Below, in pieces: positions 1 through 9,986 of a stretch of 64,000 nucleotides of DNA (the first letter of the stretch is position 1; each line of letters starts with the position of its first letter). The position numbers were made by a program, and so were the translations under genes. The stretch is from Bacteroidota bacterium (GTDB lineage Bacteria; Bacteroidota; Rhodothermia; Rhodothermales; Bin80): the NCBI GenBank assembly GCA_028875125.1, contig JAPPGC010000094.1:15761-79760 (forward strand), written 5' to 3'. Under the pieces are notes generated by a model. It saw only the letters and a list, made by a program, of their open reading frames with translations. It was not told the DNA's origin and searched no databases.

Positions 1-560
1 CGCCCTCGGTGGCTGATCTCATTTTTTTCTTCACGGGAAAGCTGCGCAAGGCTAATGTTGCTCCCCTCCGGAACGAAGATCGACTCGTAGCCAAATCCTT
101 TGGTAGACATTTCGGATGTTGCAATATGTCCACTCAGGCATCCCCTAAAGTACTTGAGACCGCCAGAGTACGCTAAAGCCAGTATAGTAATGAACTGGGC
201 CCTGCGGTTTGTTTCATTTGCAAGCATCTGAAGCACCAGGGCTCGATTGTCTAGGTCATCCTTCTTTATGCCGGCAAAGCGTGCTGAGTGCATGCCAGGT
301 TGCCCATTGAGAGCATCAATGCATAGTCCGGTATCGTCCCCAAGTGCCCAGAGCCCAGTGTGATCGTATGCACTTAAGGCTTTCAGTGCTGCGTTTTCTT
401 CAAGCGAGGAAGCAGTTTCGTCCACTGAGGGGGCGTCTAGAAAAGCAGACAGATCCATTACATCAGCCGAGGCGGAAGCCAGAAGAAGTTTAAGCTCCGC
501 TGCCTTGTGAGTATTGTGGGTAGCTAGAACCAGTTTAAGAGGCGAGTAAACGCTTGTCAT
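1..560 (-). CDS. rdgB: dITP/XTP pyrophosphatase (RdgB/HAM1 family), C-terminus cut by the window edge
   Basis: Absent from the ORF track because no stop lies in the window. My translation from the ATG at 560 gives MTSVYSPLKLVLATHNTHKAAELK...GDDTGLCIDALNGQPGMHSARFAG...GFGYESIFVP...EEKNEISHRG, which matches typical Ham1/RdgB motifs. Confidence 0.8.
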   Translation of the reverse strand, partial: MTSVYSPLKLVLATHNTHKAAELKLLLASASADVMDLSAFLDAPSVDETASSLEENAALKALSAYDHTGLWALGDDTGLCIDALNGQPGMHSARFAGIKKDDLDNRALVLQMLANETNRRAQFITILALAYSGGLKYFRGCLSGHIATSEMSTKGFGYESIFVPEGSNISLAQLSREEKNEISHRG

Positions 561-830
561 GAACCAGAATTTTGATTATATACTCCAACCATATGGTACA
601 CTTAAAATTCCAGAAACCTTTGTTTGTTGAGAATATGCGTGTTTTTGTAGGATTGCCGGAGCAATTGGCCGACTCTAACACGCAATGGATCCGTCAGTAA
701 GTGAGTTCTTTATGTTGGGGTTTTCCCCTCAATCTGGACTTTGACAGTAAGCTACCCTTCCAGATGCAGGTTAATGTTGATCATTGACCAATGCTAATGG
801 TTTACGTGCTCGGCATGTGAACTGCAATCA

Positions 831-2261
831 ATGGAAAGCACAAGATTTGACGAGATTACGGCACTCTGCAAGCGCAGGGGATTTGTTTTTCAGTCTTCTG
901 AGATATACGGTGGACTAGGAGCCACCTATGACTACGGCCCCCTGGGTGTAGAACTGAAGCAAAATGTGCGCGAGCAGTGGTGGCGCGACATGGTTTATGC
1001 CAACGAAAATATCGAAGGCGTAGACGCCGCAATTCTGATGCATCCCAGAGTATGGAAAGCTTCCGGGCATGTTGATGCATTTCACGACCCCTTGATTGAT
1101 GATAAAGCATCAAAGCGTCGATATCGTGCTGATCAACTTATTGAGCAACACATAGACCGTCTACGGTCAAAAGGCAAAACGGACCGTGCAGATACAGTGC
1201 AAAAACGATTCACAGAGGCACTCAATGCAGAGGATATGCCGAAAGCGCTCCATTCGCTCATTCTATCAGAAGAAATTCGTGGCCCTGACTCGGGAGCGTT
1301 CGACTGGACTGATGTACGTCAGTTCAATATGATGTTCGAAACAAAAGTGGGAGCGCTTGCTGGTGAGGACTCCTCGATCTATCTGCGCCCCGAAACGGCA
1401 CAGGGTATCTTCGTGAATTTTCAGAACGTATTGTCGACTTCACGCGTGCAGATTCCATTTGGCATTGCCCAAATTGGCAAAGCTTTCCGCAATGAAATTG
1501 TTGCACGACAGTTCATTTTCCGGATGCGTGAATTTGAGCAAATGGAAATGCAATACTTCGTGCAATCAGGTACGCAACATGAGGCATATGAGTTGTGGCG
1601 TTCGCGCAGATGGGACTGGCATGTGCGGAACGGCATCCCGGCGTCGAAACTTCGTTGGCATGTCCACGAAAAGCCCGCTCACTATGCTGATGCAGCTGTT
1701 GATATTCAGTATGAATTTCCAATTGGATGGCAGGAAATCGAGGGTATCCACTCCCGGACGGACTATGACCTCCGCAGGCATCAGGAGTACTCCGGAAAAA
1801 AGATGCAAATCTTTGATCAGGCATCAGGTAGCAGATTCATCCCGTTTGTGGTCGAAACCTCTGCCGGATTGGATCGAACGGTCTTGATGCTGCTTTGTGA
1901 AGCCTATCGTCAAGACACTATCGAAGGGAGGAGCCGTACGGTCATGGCTTTTGCACCGTCTGTGGCTCCCATAAAGGTTGGTGTATTTCCGTTGCTGCGT
2001 AGAGATGGCATGCCGGAGCGTGCCCGCGCCATCACGGATACGCTTAGACGCGAATGGAACGTTTTCTATGATGAAAAAGGATCCATAGGCAAGCGTTACC
2101 GCAGGATGGATGAGGCGGGTGCGCCGCTATGCATTACGATTGATCGCGAAACCCTCGAAGGGGAGGGTGTCACTGTTCGCAACCGAGATACACTGGAGCA
2201 GGTACGGATAGCCGATGATCAGGTACCAGCGTTTGTTTCGGACGCAATGCGTGGTGTTTAG
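831..2261 (+). CDS. glyQS: glycine--tRNA ligase (dimeric GlyQS type)
   Basis: 476 aa. The N-terminus FDEITALCKRRGFVFQSSEIYGGLGATYDYGPLGVELKQNV and the class II core (RPETAQGIFVNF, FRNEI) are typical of GlyQS. Confidence 0.95.
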   Translation: MESTRFDEITALCKRRGFVFQSSEIYGGLGATYDYGPLGVELKQNVREQWWRDMVYANENIEGVDAAILMHPRVWKASGHVDAFHDPLIDDKASKRRYRADQLIEQHIDRLRSKGKTDRADTVQKRFTEALNAEDMPKALHSLILSEEIRGPDSGAFDWTDVRQFNMMFETKVGALAGEDSSIYLRPETAQGIFVNFQNVLSTSRVQIPFGIAQIGKAFRNEIVARQFIFRMREFEQMEMQYFVQSGTQHEAYELWRSRRWDWHVRNGIPASKLRWHVHEKPAHYADAAVDIQYEFPIGWQEIEGIHSRTDYDLRRHQEYSGKKMQIFDQASGSRFIPFVVETSAGLDRTVLMLLCEAYRQDTIEGRSRTVMAFAPSVAPIKVGVFPLLRRDGMPERARAITDTLRREWNVFYDEKGSIGKRYRRMDEAGAPLCITIDRETLEGEGVTVRNRDTLEQVRIADDQVPAFVSDAMRGV

Positions 2262-3445
2262 CTGGAGGCTTGGTCCTCGACAGCCTGCCAGACTCTGAGT
2301 GCGTTGCCTCCGAGGATTTTTTCAATATCTTCGTCGGAATATCCGCGACGCAGTAATTCGGCAATCAGGTTAGGATACGTTGATACATCCTCCAGGCCTT
2401 CGGGTAGTGCAGTTACCCCGTCAAAATCACTGCCAATACCGACATGATCAATCCCAACCAGTTCGACAATATGATCAATGTGGTCTACCAACTCCGGCAA
2501 CGTGCCCAACGGATTTGATTTGCGCTGGGTTTCGCGATAGCGGGCACCCTCTTCGCTGTCGGGAGAGATATTGTTTTCTTCCAGATAATCTTCGATCGCA
2601 GTAGACAGCGCGCGTCCGGGCCCTTGGTATTCGCCACGAACGAAAGAAGAACCGTAACTGACCATGATTACGCCGCCCTTGGCAGCCGTTGCCTGGATGA
2701 GTTCGTCGCTCAAATTACGCTCCCATCCCGGTGTAAAATGGCGGGCAGAAGAGTGCGTAGCAAGTACGGGTGCACTGCTGCGACGCAGAATTTGGGATAT
2801 GGTGCTGTCGGTCAGATGGGAGATATCTATGATCATGCCCAGTCGATTCATATGGTCTACGACCTCTTCTCCAAGTGGGCTGAGACCATTCCATGTCCGT
2901 GTCGAATCGTAGGAGGAGTCACACAACTGATTGTCTCTTCCGTGTGTAAGTGTGATGTAGCGGATACCCCGCGCGTAGTAGTGCTCTAGATCTGCCACGC
3001 TGTGAATCGGCGCCCCATTCTCCATGCCCATGGGCAGCGAAATCAGCCCTACCGTCTTGTGCTCAGCCAAATCAGATGACCGAGTAGCAATGGCAAACTT
3101 GTCCGGCGCATGCGCAACAAATCCCTCCACCATGTCAATCAGTGAATCTGCAAGACTTTGAGCTGAGCCAGGAATATCCTGGCGTGCGCTCGGGATGTAA
3201 ATCGACATGAATGGGGCATTCAACCCACCAGCTACTGCTCTTGGATGGTCAAAATCACCCCCGACGGTTTCCTGACTGATATCTTCCGTGTATCGGGTCA
3301 TGCGATAGGGAACATCAATGTGTCCATCAATAATTAGATATTCTTCTGCAAGCGCATGTGCCCGTTGCATGGTATCGTCGGTGTTGTCTTGTGCGCAACT
3401 TGCTAAAAGTAGTAAAGACAGAATAACCAGTCGTTGCATGTTCAT
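2258..3445 (-). CDS. membrane dipeptidase (peptidase family M19), lipoprotein-type signal
   Basis: Motifs IIDGHIDVP, ISHLTDS and GIDHVGIGSDFDG are present. I moved the start to MNMQRLVILSLLLLASCAQ (ATG at 3445) rather than the track start at 3517. Confidence 0.85.
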   Translation of the reverse strand: MNMQRLVILSLLLLASCAQDNTDDTMQRAHALAEEYLIIDGHIDVPYRMTRYTEDISQETVGGDFDHPRAVAGGLNAPFMSIYIPSARQDIPGSAQSLADSLIDMVEGFVAHAPDKFAIATRSSDLAEHKTVGLISLPMGMENGAPIHSVADLEHYYARGIRYITLTHGRDNQLCDSSYDSTRTWNGLSPLGEEVVDHMNRLGMIIDISHLTDSTISQILRRSSAPVLATHSSARHFTPGWERNLSDELIQATAAKGGVIMVSYGSSFVRGEYQGPGRALSTAIEDYLEENNISPDSEEGARYRETQRKSNPLGTLPELVDHIDHIVELVGIDHVGIGSDFDGVTALPEGLEDVSTYPNLIAELLRRGYSDEDIEKILGGNALRVWQAVEDQASS

Positions 3446-3666
3446 CTTGGCGGTAATGTATTCAACTGTGGCGTGCAAAAACAGGATGTTTGGAACAAGA
3501 TCGCAGCACCCGCGCAATAGCCGTTAGGTCGGACCTGCTATCAGCATCCGGGATTCGTGCAGCTATACGGCTCTGAGTATTTTTATGTGTAACTCCAAGG
3601 ACCCACGAAATTGATTTCGTACAGTCTCATCTAATCGGTACAGTTTTGGACTTAATTCCCTTAATC

Positions 3667-5343
3667 TTATCGGGCGGTAGCCTGTCCACGGACCTCACGT
3701 ATCACGGTCACATTCACCTGACCGGGGTATGTCAGTTCATTTTGGATTCGTAAAGATATATCCTCTGCAAGTTGGTGTGTCCTTTTGTCGGATACTCTAT
3801 TTTGCTGAACGATAACACGGAGTTCACGTCCTCCCTGGATTGCGTAGGCCAGTCCAACACCTTCAAATGATTTGGCGATCCCCTCCATATCTCTCAGACG
3901 TTCGAGATACTCTTCGCGGCGTATATGGCGTGCACCCGGCCGGGCCCCGCTGATGGCATCGCACACCTGTACAATAGGTGCGTACAGGGTGGTCATTTCA
4001 ATCTCGTCGTGGTGCGAGCCTACGGCGTTGCAAATTTGCTCATGTTCTTTGAAGCGTTTGCAGTACTCCATGCCTACGAGTGCATGGGGTTGATCATCAG
4101 ATTCTTGCAGAACCTTGCCAATGTCGTGCAACAGACCTGCGCGCCGGGCCATACGAGCGTCGAGTCCCATCTCTGCGGCCATAAGTGAACAAAGCCGTGC
4201 TACTTGAATACTGTGACTGAGTAAGCTTTGGCCGTAGCTTGTCCGGTATTTCATTTTCCCGACGATTGGAGCGAGGCTTTTTTTCATTCCGCGCAGTCTT
4301 AGCTCAAGAACGGTGCGTTCGCCTATCTCCTGGATCTCCTCCTCGACAGCTTTTTGGGCTTTACTCACGAATTGCTCGACGCTCGCAGGATGAATACGGC
4401 CATCTCGGATGAGATTGCTTAAAGCTATTCGTGCTATTTCGCGTCGAAAGGGATCAAATGAACTGATTACGACTGCGCCGGGGGTATCGTCGATCAGTAG
4501 ATCCACATGCGCAGCGGTTTCAAATGCACGAAGGTTTCGTCCTTCCCGTCCGATAATGCGTCCCTTAATACCTTCGGAGGGCACGGGAACTACTGACACC
4601 GAGTTAGACTCAACCTCGTCTCTCACGAGCCGTTGCATCGTGGTGAGGACGATTTTTTGCGCTTCATGTTTGGCGGTGCGCTGTTTTTCGTCCCGAATTT
4701 CCAACAGCTCCCGGGCAGCCTCTTCTCGCGCTTTCTCAACGATCTCCTCTCGTAGGTGTTGACGTGCCTGATCCTGAGTCAGGCCGGCGATAACCTCCAG
4801 TTTCTTAATGCGATCGTCGATGAGTGAGTCGAGCCTGTGCTCCTTGGCATCGAGGTGATCTATACGCTGAGAGGCTCGCTGCACCAACTCATCAGCGCTC
4901 GCACGTAGGGTCTCTGCCTGGCGGTTGATCGTTTCACTTTCTGCTTGAAGAAGCGCAATCGCTTCCGCTGCGTCCCCTAAGAGTTTTTGTCTTTTTGTTA
5001 AGCGCCGGTTCCTGTTGTTGAGCTTCTTGCGTTGGCGATCATTCTTTGCTCTGGACCTTTGTTTATCCTGCTCCAGTTGTACCTGCTCTTTCTCCAAGGT
5101 GGTACGTTGAGCATTGAATTCAGCACGTTCATGGTCAAGCTCTGTTCTAGCCTTCTTAAGGGCCTCCGCTCTTAAGGCGGAAGACTCTTTTTCTGCTAGG
5201 GTAATAATTGCTGATGCTTGTTCGCGTGCACCCCTAAGTTTGCCCTTGGCAGTTTTAGTAGAAATCCACCAAGTAACAACTAGGCCTGCACCAAAAGCTA
5301 CGCTGGCAACGGCCAACAACAGGACGGCTTGCGTACCGTCCAT
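3667..5343 (-). CDS. rny: ribonuclease Y
   Basis: 558 aa with an N-terminal TM helix, a long coiled coil, a KH motif (GRIIGREGRNLRAFE) and an HD domain (LLHDIGK...GSHH). Confidence 0.95.
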   Translation of the reverse strand: MDGTQAVLLLAVASVAFGAGLVVTWWISTKTAKGKLRGAREQASAIITLAEKESSALRAEALKKARTELDHERAEFNAQRTTLEKEQVQLEQDKQRSRAKNDRQRKKLNNRNRRLTKRQKLLGDAAEAIALLQAESETINRQAETLRASADELVQRASQRIDHLDAKEHRLDSLIDDRIKKLEVIAGLTQDQARQHLREEIVEKAREEAARELLEIRDEKQRTAKHEAQKIVLTTMQRLVRDEVESNSVSVVPVPSEGIKGRIIGREGRNLRAFETAAHVDLLIDDTPGAVVISSFDPFRREIARIALSNLIRDGRIHPASVEQFVSKAQKAVEEEIQEIGERTVLELRLRGMKKSLAPIVGKMKYRTSYGQSLLSHSIQVARLCSLMAAEMGLDARMARRAGLLHDIGKVLQESDDQPHALVGMEYCKRFKEHEQICNAVGSHHDEIEMTTLYAPIVQVCDAISGARPGARHIRREEYLERLRDMEGIAKSFEGVGLAYAIQGGRELRVIVQQNRVSDKRTHQLAEDISLRIQNELTYPGQVNVTVIREVRGQATAR

Positions 5344-5540
5344 GTCTTTATGATTTTTCCCTATGAATAGGGTTACCGTTTGGATATGGAAGGGTTCCTT
5401 GGCAGGAGCGTGGGCGAGGCTCGGGTTCCAGAAACTCCAGAACTAATGTTTGTTTCGGTTGTCGATTTTTGTCCAAACTTAACCGAGGGAATTGACGGCC
5501 TTGGCAGGGGCTGCTCAAGCTGAGACAGCTGCGATCAGTC

Positions 5541-5740
5541 AAAAAAATGTCCGCGGGCGCCCGCAACGGTGGGTGTGAACCCCAAGGTACAAGATGGGGA
5601 GTTGCTCAAACCTTTCCATCGTCCCCTGCGTGATCACGACCTCTGACGAGGTTGGGGCCTGATGTCCGGGCATGAAGTGTAACTCCCTTTATTGATAGTG
5701 TCGGTTCACTTGCCTAAACCACTACGGACGCTCCGGGATA
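5541..5740 (-). ncRNA. ssrS: candidate 6S RNA (ssrS-like), about 200 nt, immediately downstream of zapA
   Basis: No credible ORF. On the minus strand it folds as a long imperfect hairpin. The closing stem is CCGUAGUGG...GUGAACC (5728-5703) pairing with GGUUCAC...CCGUUGCGG (5580-5562). An inner stem is GGGAGUU/AACUCCC, with a central bulged region and an apical stem ACCUC-GUCA-GAGGU. The 3' end is a GC palindrome GCGGGCGCCCGC followed by U7 (5547-5541). The zapA-ssrS synteny is known from E. coli. Confidence 0.4.
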
Positions 5741-5772
5741 AGCAGGGTACAGTGATGCCGCAATCCAGTTCC

Positions 5773-6084
5773 CTATTCCTGGATAGAAATCGGATCAACC
5801 TCCGCCAACACTTCGGATAACTTACGGTCAAGATGGTCTGTTTCGCGATCAAGCGCAGCCACCAAGACATCAGAGGTCTCTCTTGCCCCATCAAGTTCTT
5901 CGGCCAAAAACAAGGCTGTTATGACAGCAGCCACAAGATCCGGTTGGTCTGGGTGCTGCTCCTTAAATGCACGCATGCGCTGATCTACACGACGTGCCAC
6001 ATCCTGCATAGTCTCTACATCTCCGGCTTGCACCAGTAAAGGATAATCTCGATCAAGAATACGCACTTTGAGGGGTTGGTGCAT
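5773..6084 (-). CDS. zapA: cell division protein ZapA
   Basis: 103 aa. The pattern VRILDRDYPLLVQAGD...VARRVDQRM...AAVITALFLAEEL fits the ZapA family. Confidence 0.8.
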   Translation of the reverse strand: MHQPLKVRILDRDYPLLVQAGDVETMQDVARRVDQRMRAFKEQHPDQPDLVAAVITALFLAEELDGARETSDVLVAALDRETDHLDRKLSEVLAEVDPISIQE

Positions 6085-6087
6085 GGA

Positions 6088-6441
6088 TCAGTCCTCCCTC
6101 TGGTCAAAGAGTAGATAATTGTCTATAGTCTTGATGAACTTATTGATCCGGTCGAGAAACTCTTGCTCGTTTTCATCAAAAGTGAGCACCGTGTTTGTGG
6201 GCTCGATACTTGAGGCAGCCTCGAGTTCCGCAATCTGCTCTGCTAGTTTTCGATTCTGTAACCTCAGGCGCTTGATTTCTCGTGCGGCGGCTTCGACCCG
6301 GTCACGAAGACGTCGCAGTGACTTGGCCCCCCTTAGCGCGATGGTGGGTTGCATATCAAACCCTTGGCCGACTGGGGGCAGGTCAGGATTCTGTGCGGGA
6401 GGCGGATTTTCAACGAGCATACTAGAAACAACCTTAACCAA
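6088..6441 (-). CDS. hypothetical coiled-coil protein, possibly a ZapB-like division accessory
   Basis: 117 aa with a central heptad-like segment (LRRLRDRVEAAAREIKRLRLQNRKLAEQIAELEA). It lies 3 nt upstream of zapA. I recognise no family. Confidence 0.5.
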   Translation of the reverse strand: MVKVVSSMLVENPPPAQNPDLPPVGQGFDMQPTIALRGAKSLRRLRDRVEAAAREIKRLRLQNRKLAEQIAELEAASSIEPTNTVLTFDENEQEFLDRINKFIKTIDNYLLFDQRED

Positions 6442-6495
6442 ATCTTTTACGACTCAAATTAAGGTAATGGTTCATATTGACATTGTCAAATCCCC

Positions 6496-8943
6496 TTAAG
6501 CACGTAACTCTGCGTCAAATTGTGCAGAAAGAGTTGTAACAATGTTTTGAACAACGTGGTCAATCTCTTGATCTCGAAGGGTCCGATTTGCGCCAAAGCG
6601 CAATGAAAATGCCACACTTTTTTTGCCTGGTGCAATTCCCTTACCCGTATAGATATCAAATATGTCCACGTTCTTGAGCAGTTTCCGGCCAGCCTCGCGG
6701 ATTTTTTTGATCATGTCACCAACAGGCTGTTGCGAATCCACGACCATAGCAATATCCCGCTCAACAACAGGGTAACGTGGTACGGGCGAATAGACGGCAG
6801 CTGGCTGTTCTTCACATATCAGTGCCAATCTGGTCCAATTAAACGTGGCAAAGAAAACAGGATCAGGCAAGTCGTAGGCTGCCTGTATCTCATCCGAAAG
6901 ACGAGCGATAGTCCCGATCCATTTTTCATTAACGGAAAGTGTTATGTGATGGGCCGTAATATCTGTCGGCACAACGCTCGGCTCCATCTGAAGAAAATCA
7001 AGATTCAATAGGCTTAGCAGCTTCTCCACATCGCCCTTGATGTCAAAGAAGTCCGCCAAAGGGATGCTGCTGTCCCAACTCTGTGGTCGAACAGGGCCAC
7101 TAATTCCGAATAGGAGCACTTCATATTCAGAGTAATTTTCTATGAAGGCTGCTTCATGCCCACTGAGGTGAAAGACATGCCCCAATTCATAAAACCGGAG
7201 CGCCCGTCGTCCGTGGTTAGCATTGTGTTGCATAACATTCAACATGCCCGGCAGGAGTGAAGGTCGCAAGGTTGCCATGGAGCGAGACACCGCATTCAAG
7301 GTGCGTACAGGCGGATAATCTGCTGCAGTGACCGCTTGGCTGAACTGCAGGGCCTGTTCATCTGGCAACAGACTGTTTGTATAGATTTCTCGGAATCCAT
7401 GACCATTCAGATAGGCGTGAACACGCTCACGCAGCAAGTCAATGGGGCGCGTGACCGGAACAGATACAGGTAACGGTGCTGACTGCTGTGCCTTGATTTG
7501 ATGGAACCCATAGATACGTGCAATCTCTTCTATCAGATCAATCTCCAAATGGATGTCAGGCCGGTAGCTAGGTATCGTGCATGAGATTGTGTCACATGCT
7601 TCCTGTGGGTCAAATCCCAGCGATGTTAGGATTCGCAGGATATCCTTTCGTGGGATTCGTATACCTAGGATTTTGGGTACACGGGCAACCCTTAAATCAA
7701 GCCTGGTTGCTTTCGGAGGGCCGGGATGTGCATCCACGATCCCTGAGGTGACCGATCCACCTCCCAGCTCCGCAATCAGTGCGGCTACACGTACAGTGGC
7801 CCATGCCTGACTATCTGTATCAACCCCTCGTTCGAATCTGTAGGATGCATCTGTTGACATGCCCAAAGCCCTGGCAGACTTTCTTGTCCGGGAAGGGCAG
7901 AACCATGCGCCTTCAATCAACACATTGGACGTGGTTTCGTCGACCTCAGAGTTTTCTCCTCCCATGATGCCTCCAATCGCAACCGGCCGCTCGCCATCAC
8001 AAATCAGGACAACTCCCTCAGGCAACAAATGCTTCTTGCCATCAAGCGTGGTAAACTCCTCGTCCTTGACAGATTCCCGGACTACTATTCTTTGTTCAGC
8101 TATACGGTCATAGTCGAATGCGTGTAAAGGCTGCCCGCATTCATACATGACATAATTGGTCGCATCAACAACATTGTTGATGGAACGAAGCTCAATGGCT
8201 TCCAGCCGTTGCTTTAACCAGGCAGGGGAGGGACCAACTTTTACGCCTGTGACAATCACTGCCGCATACCGGCGACACAAGTCGGGACACTCGATGTCGA
8301 CCTTGATATGTTGGGTCGTTTCACCACCATCTGATGGAATGGTGATCTCGGGACGTTTTAGCGGCACATTTTGCAGTGCGGAAACGTCTCGAGCTACCCC
8401 TATGTGACTGGTTGCATCCGCCCGGTTTGGGGTGATGGCAATGTCCAGAACCGTATCATTCAGCTTCTTTCCCTCTCTTTCCATATAGTCAAGCAAGGGC
8501 TCGCCAATCACCGCGTTTCCTGATAGGACCATGATACCGCTGTGGTCATCGGACAGTCCAAGTTCATCTTCTGCACAGATCATCCCCATGGATGTCTGGC
8601 CACGGATTTTGGATTTTTTGATCTTGAGTACTTTATCGTCAATGGTCAGATGAGTGCCGATTGTTGCTACTGGTACCCGTTGGTCAGTGGCAACATTGGG
8701 AGCACCGCAAACGATTGGGATTAGTTCACCCGTTCCCAGATCAATATCGCAAAGCGTCAGGCGGTCAGCGTTGGGGTGCGGACGCACGGATACCACGCGT
8801 CCTACGAAGACGCCGTCCAACGATGGACCGAGATGCAGAATCTCCTCAACCTCAAGCCCAGACATCGTCAGAGCATGTGCAAGGTCCTCCGGGGAATACT
8901 CATGCGCTACATACTCGGACAGCCAGTTATAAGAGATCTTCAT
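6496..8943 (-). CDS. pheT: phenylalanine--tRNA ligase beta subunit
   Basis: 815 aa. It starts MKISYNWLSEYV and carries tRNA-binding, B3/4, B5 and FDX-ACB regions. It lies 5 nt downstream of pheS. Confidence 0.97.
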   Translation of the reverse strand: MKISYNWLSEYVAHEYSPEDLAHALTMSGLEVEEILHLGPSLDGVFVGRVVSVRPHPNADRLTLCDIDLGTGELIPIVCGAPNVATDQRVPVATIGTHLTIDDKVLKIKKSKIRGQTSMGMICAEDELGLSDDHSGIMVLSGNAVIGEPLLDYMEREGKKLNDTVLDIAITPNRADATSHIGVARDVSALQNVPLKRPEITIPSDGGETTQHIKVDIECPDLCRRYAAVIVTGVKVGPSPAWLKQRLEAIELRSINNVVDATNYVMYECGQPLHAFDYDRIAEQRIVVRESVKDEEFTTLDGKKHLLPEGVVLICDGERPVAIGGIMGGENSEVDETTSNVLIEGAWFCPSRTRKSARALGMSTDASYRFERGVDTDSQAWATVRVAALIAELGGGSVTSGIVDAHPGPPKATRLDLRVARVPKILGIRIPRKDILRILTSLGFDPQEACDTISCTIPSYRPDIHLEIDLIEEIARIYGFHQIKAQQSAPLPVSVPVTRPIDLLRERVHAYLNGHGFREIYTNSLLPDEQALQFSQAVTAADYPPVRTLNAVSRSMATLRPSLLPGMLNVMQHNANHGRRALRFYELGHVFHLSGHEAAFIENYSEYEVLLFGISGPVRPQSWDSSIPLADFFDIKGDVEKLLSLLNLDFLQMEPSVVPTDITAHHITLSVNEKWIGTIARLSDEIQAAYDLPDPVFFATFNWTRLALICEEQPAAVYSPVPRYPVVERDIAMVVDSQQPVGDMIKKIREAGRKLLKNVDIFDIYTGKGIAPGKKSVAFSLRFGANRTLRDQEIDHVVQNIVTTLSAQFDAELRA

Positions 8944-8948
8944 CGCAA

Positions 8949-9980
8949 TTAGAACTGTGCTAAAAATCGCACGTCATTTTCGTAAAAGACGCGGATGTCA
9001 TCGATACCGTACCGGAGCATGGCGGGGCGCTCTATTCCCATACCGAAGGCGTATCCGGTGTAGCGTTCGGAATCAATACCTACGGCTTCTAGAACGTTAG
9101 GGTGAACCATGCCGCTGCCTAGGATTTCCATCCAGCGACCGCCTTCTGGATGATCAGGCAAGTCCCACCAGATGTCTACTTCACCGCTTGGTTCCGTGAA
9201 CGGAAAGAAGCTGGGGCGGAATCGCATCTTTACTTCGTCACCAAAAAATGCACGTGCGAAGCCGGCGAGCGTGTGTTTAAGGTCGGCCATGGTCACGCCC
9301 TCATCCACGACCAGTCCTTCAACTTGATGAAACAGGCAATAGGACTTATAGGTGATGGCCTCATTGCGAAAAACTCGCCCTGGCGCAATTAGACGGAACG
9401 GGGGTTCTCCAGCCATCATTGTCCGAATCTGTACGGGAGAGGTATGTGTGCGCATCATGGCTCCGGCCCGGCCTTTTCCCGGCTCTTCAACAAAGAGTGT
9501 ATCCTGCATGTCTCGGGCGGGGTGGTCTGCCGGAAAATTCAGTGCGGTAAAGTTGTGCCAGTCATCCTCAATTTCGGGTCCCTCGGCAATCGCGAAGCCC
9601 ATGTGCTTAAATATATCTGTGATCTTGGCCAGGGCAAGCGTAATGGGATGCCTGGACCCGGCCCATTGGCTGCGTCGGCCGGGTAGTGTAAGGTCAATGT
9701 CCCAGGTGTTTGTAGTCTTTACTCGGTGTTGCTCAATGGCAGACTCAAGTGCCGTTTGGGCTTCTTTGCGCAGAGCATTAAGCAGCTGTCCGGCGCTACG
9801 CCGATCCTGTTTGGGGAGATCGGGGATGGTCTTGAAGAGCTTGGGGATCACGCCGCGTCGTTGTCCTAGGAACCGGATACGGAATTCCTCGGACTTGGCG
9901 GGTGTGTCGAGTTTTGCTCCCGCAATCTCCTCAGAGAAGGTTGCAGCGACCGTTTTCAGATTCTCTAGATTTGTCTCCAT
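8949..9980 (-). CDS. pheS: phenylalanine--tRNA ligase alpha subunit
   Basis: 343 aa with class II motifs ([45 protein letters not shown]). Confidence 0.97.
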   Translation of the reverse strand: METNLENLKTVAATFSEEIAGAKLDTPAKSEEFRIRFLGQRRGVIPKLFKTIPDLPKQDRRSAGQLLNALRKEAQTALESAIEQHRVKTTNTWDIDLTLPGRRSQWAGSRHPITLALAKITDIFKHMGFAIAEGPEIEDDWHNFTALNFPADHPARDMQDTLFVEEPGKGRAGAMMRTHTSPVQIRTMMAGEPPFRLIAPGRVFRNEAITYKSYCLFHQVEGLVVDEGVTMADLKHTLAGFARAFFGDEVKMRFRPSFFPFTEPSGEVDIWWDLPDHPEGGRWMEILGSGMVHPNVLEAVGIDSERYTGYAFGMGIERPAMLRYGIDDIRVFYENDVRFLAQF

Positions 9981-9986
9981 TCTACC

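Noticed and set aside
5348-5566. A 72-aa minus ORF in the zapA-rny spacer
   Set aside because: It overlaps the terminator and U-tract of the candidate 6S RNA and the rny leader. It has no start context or recognisable features.
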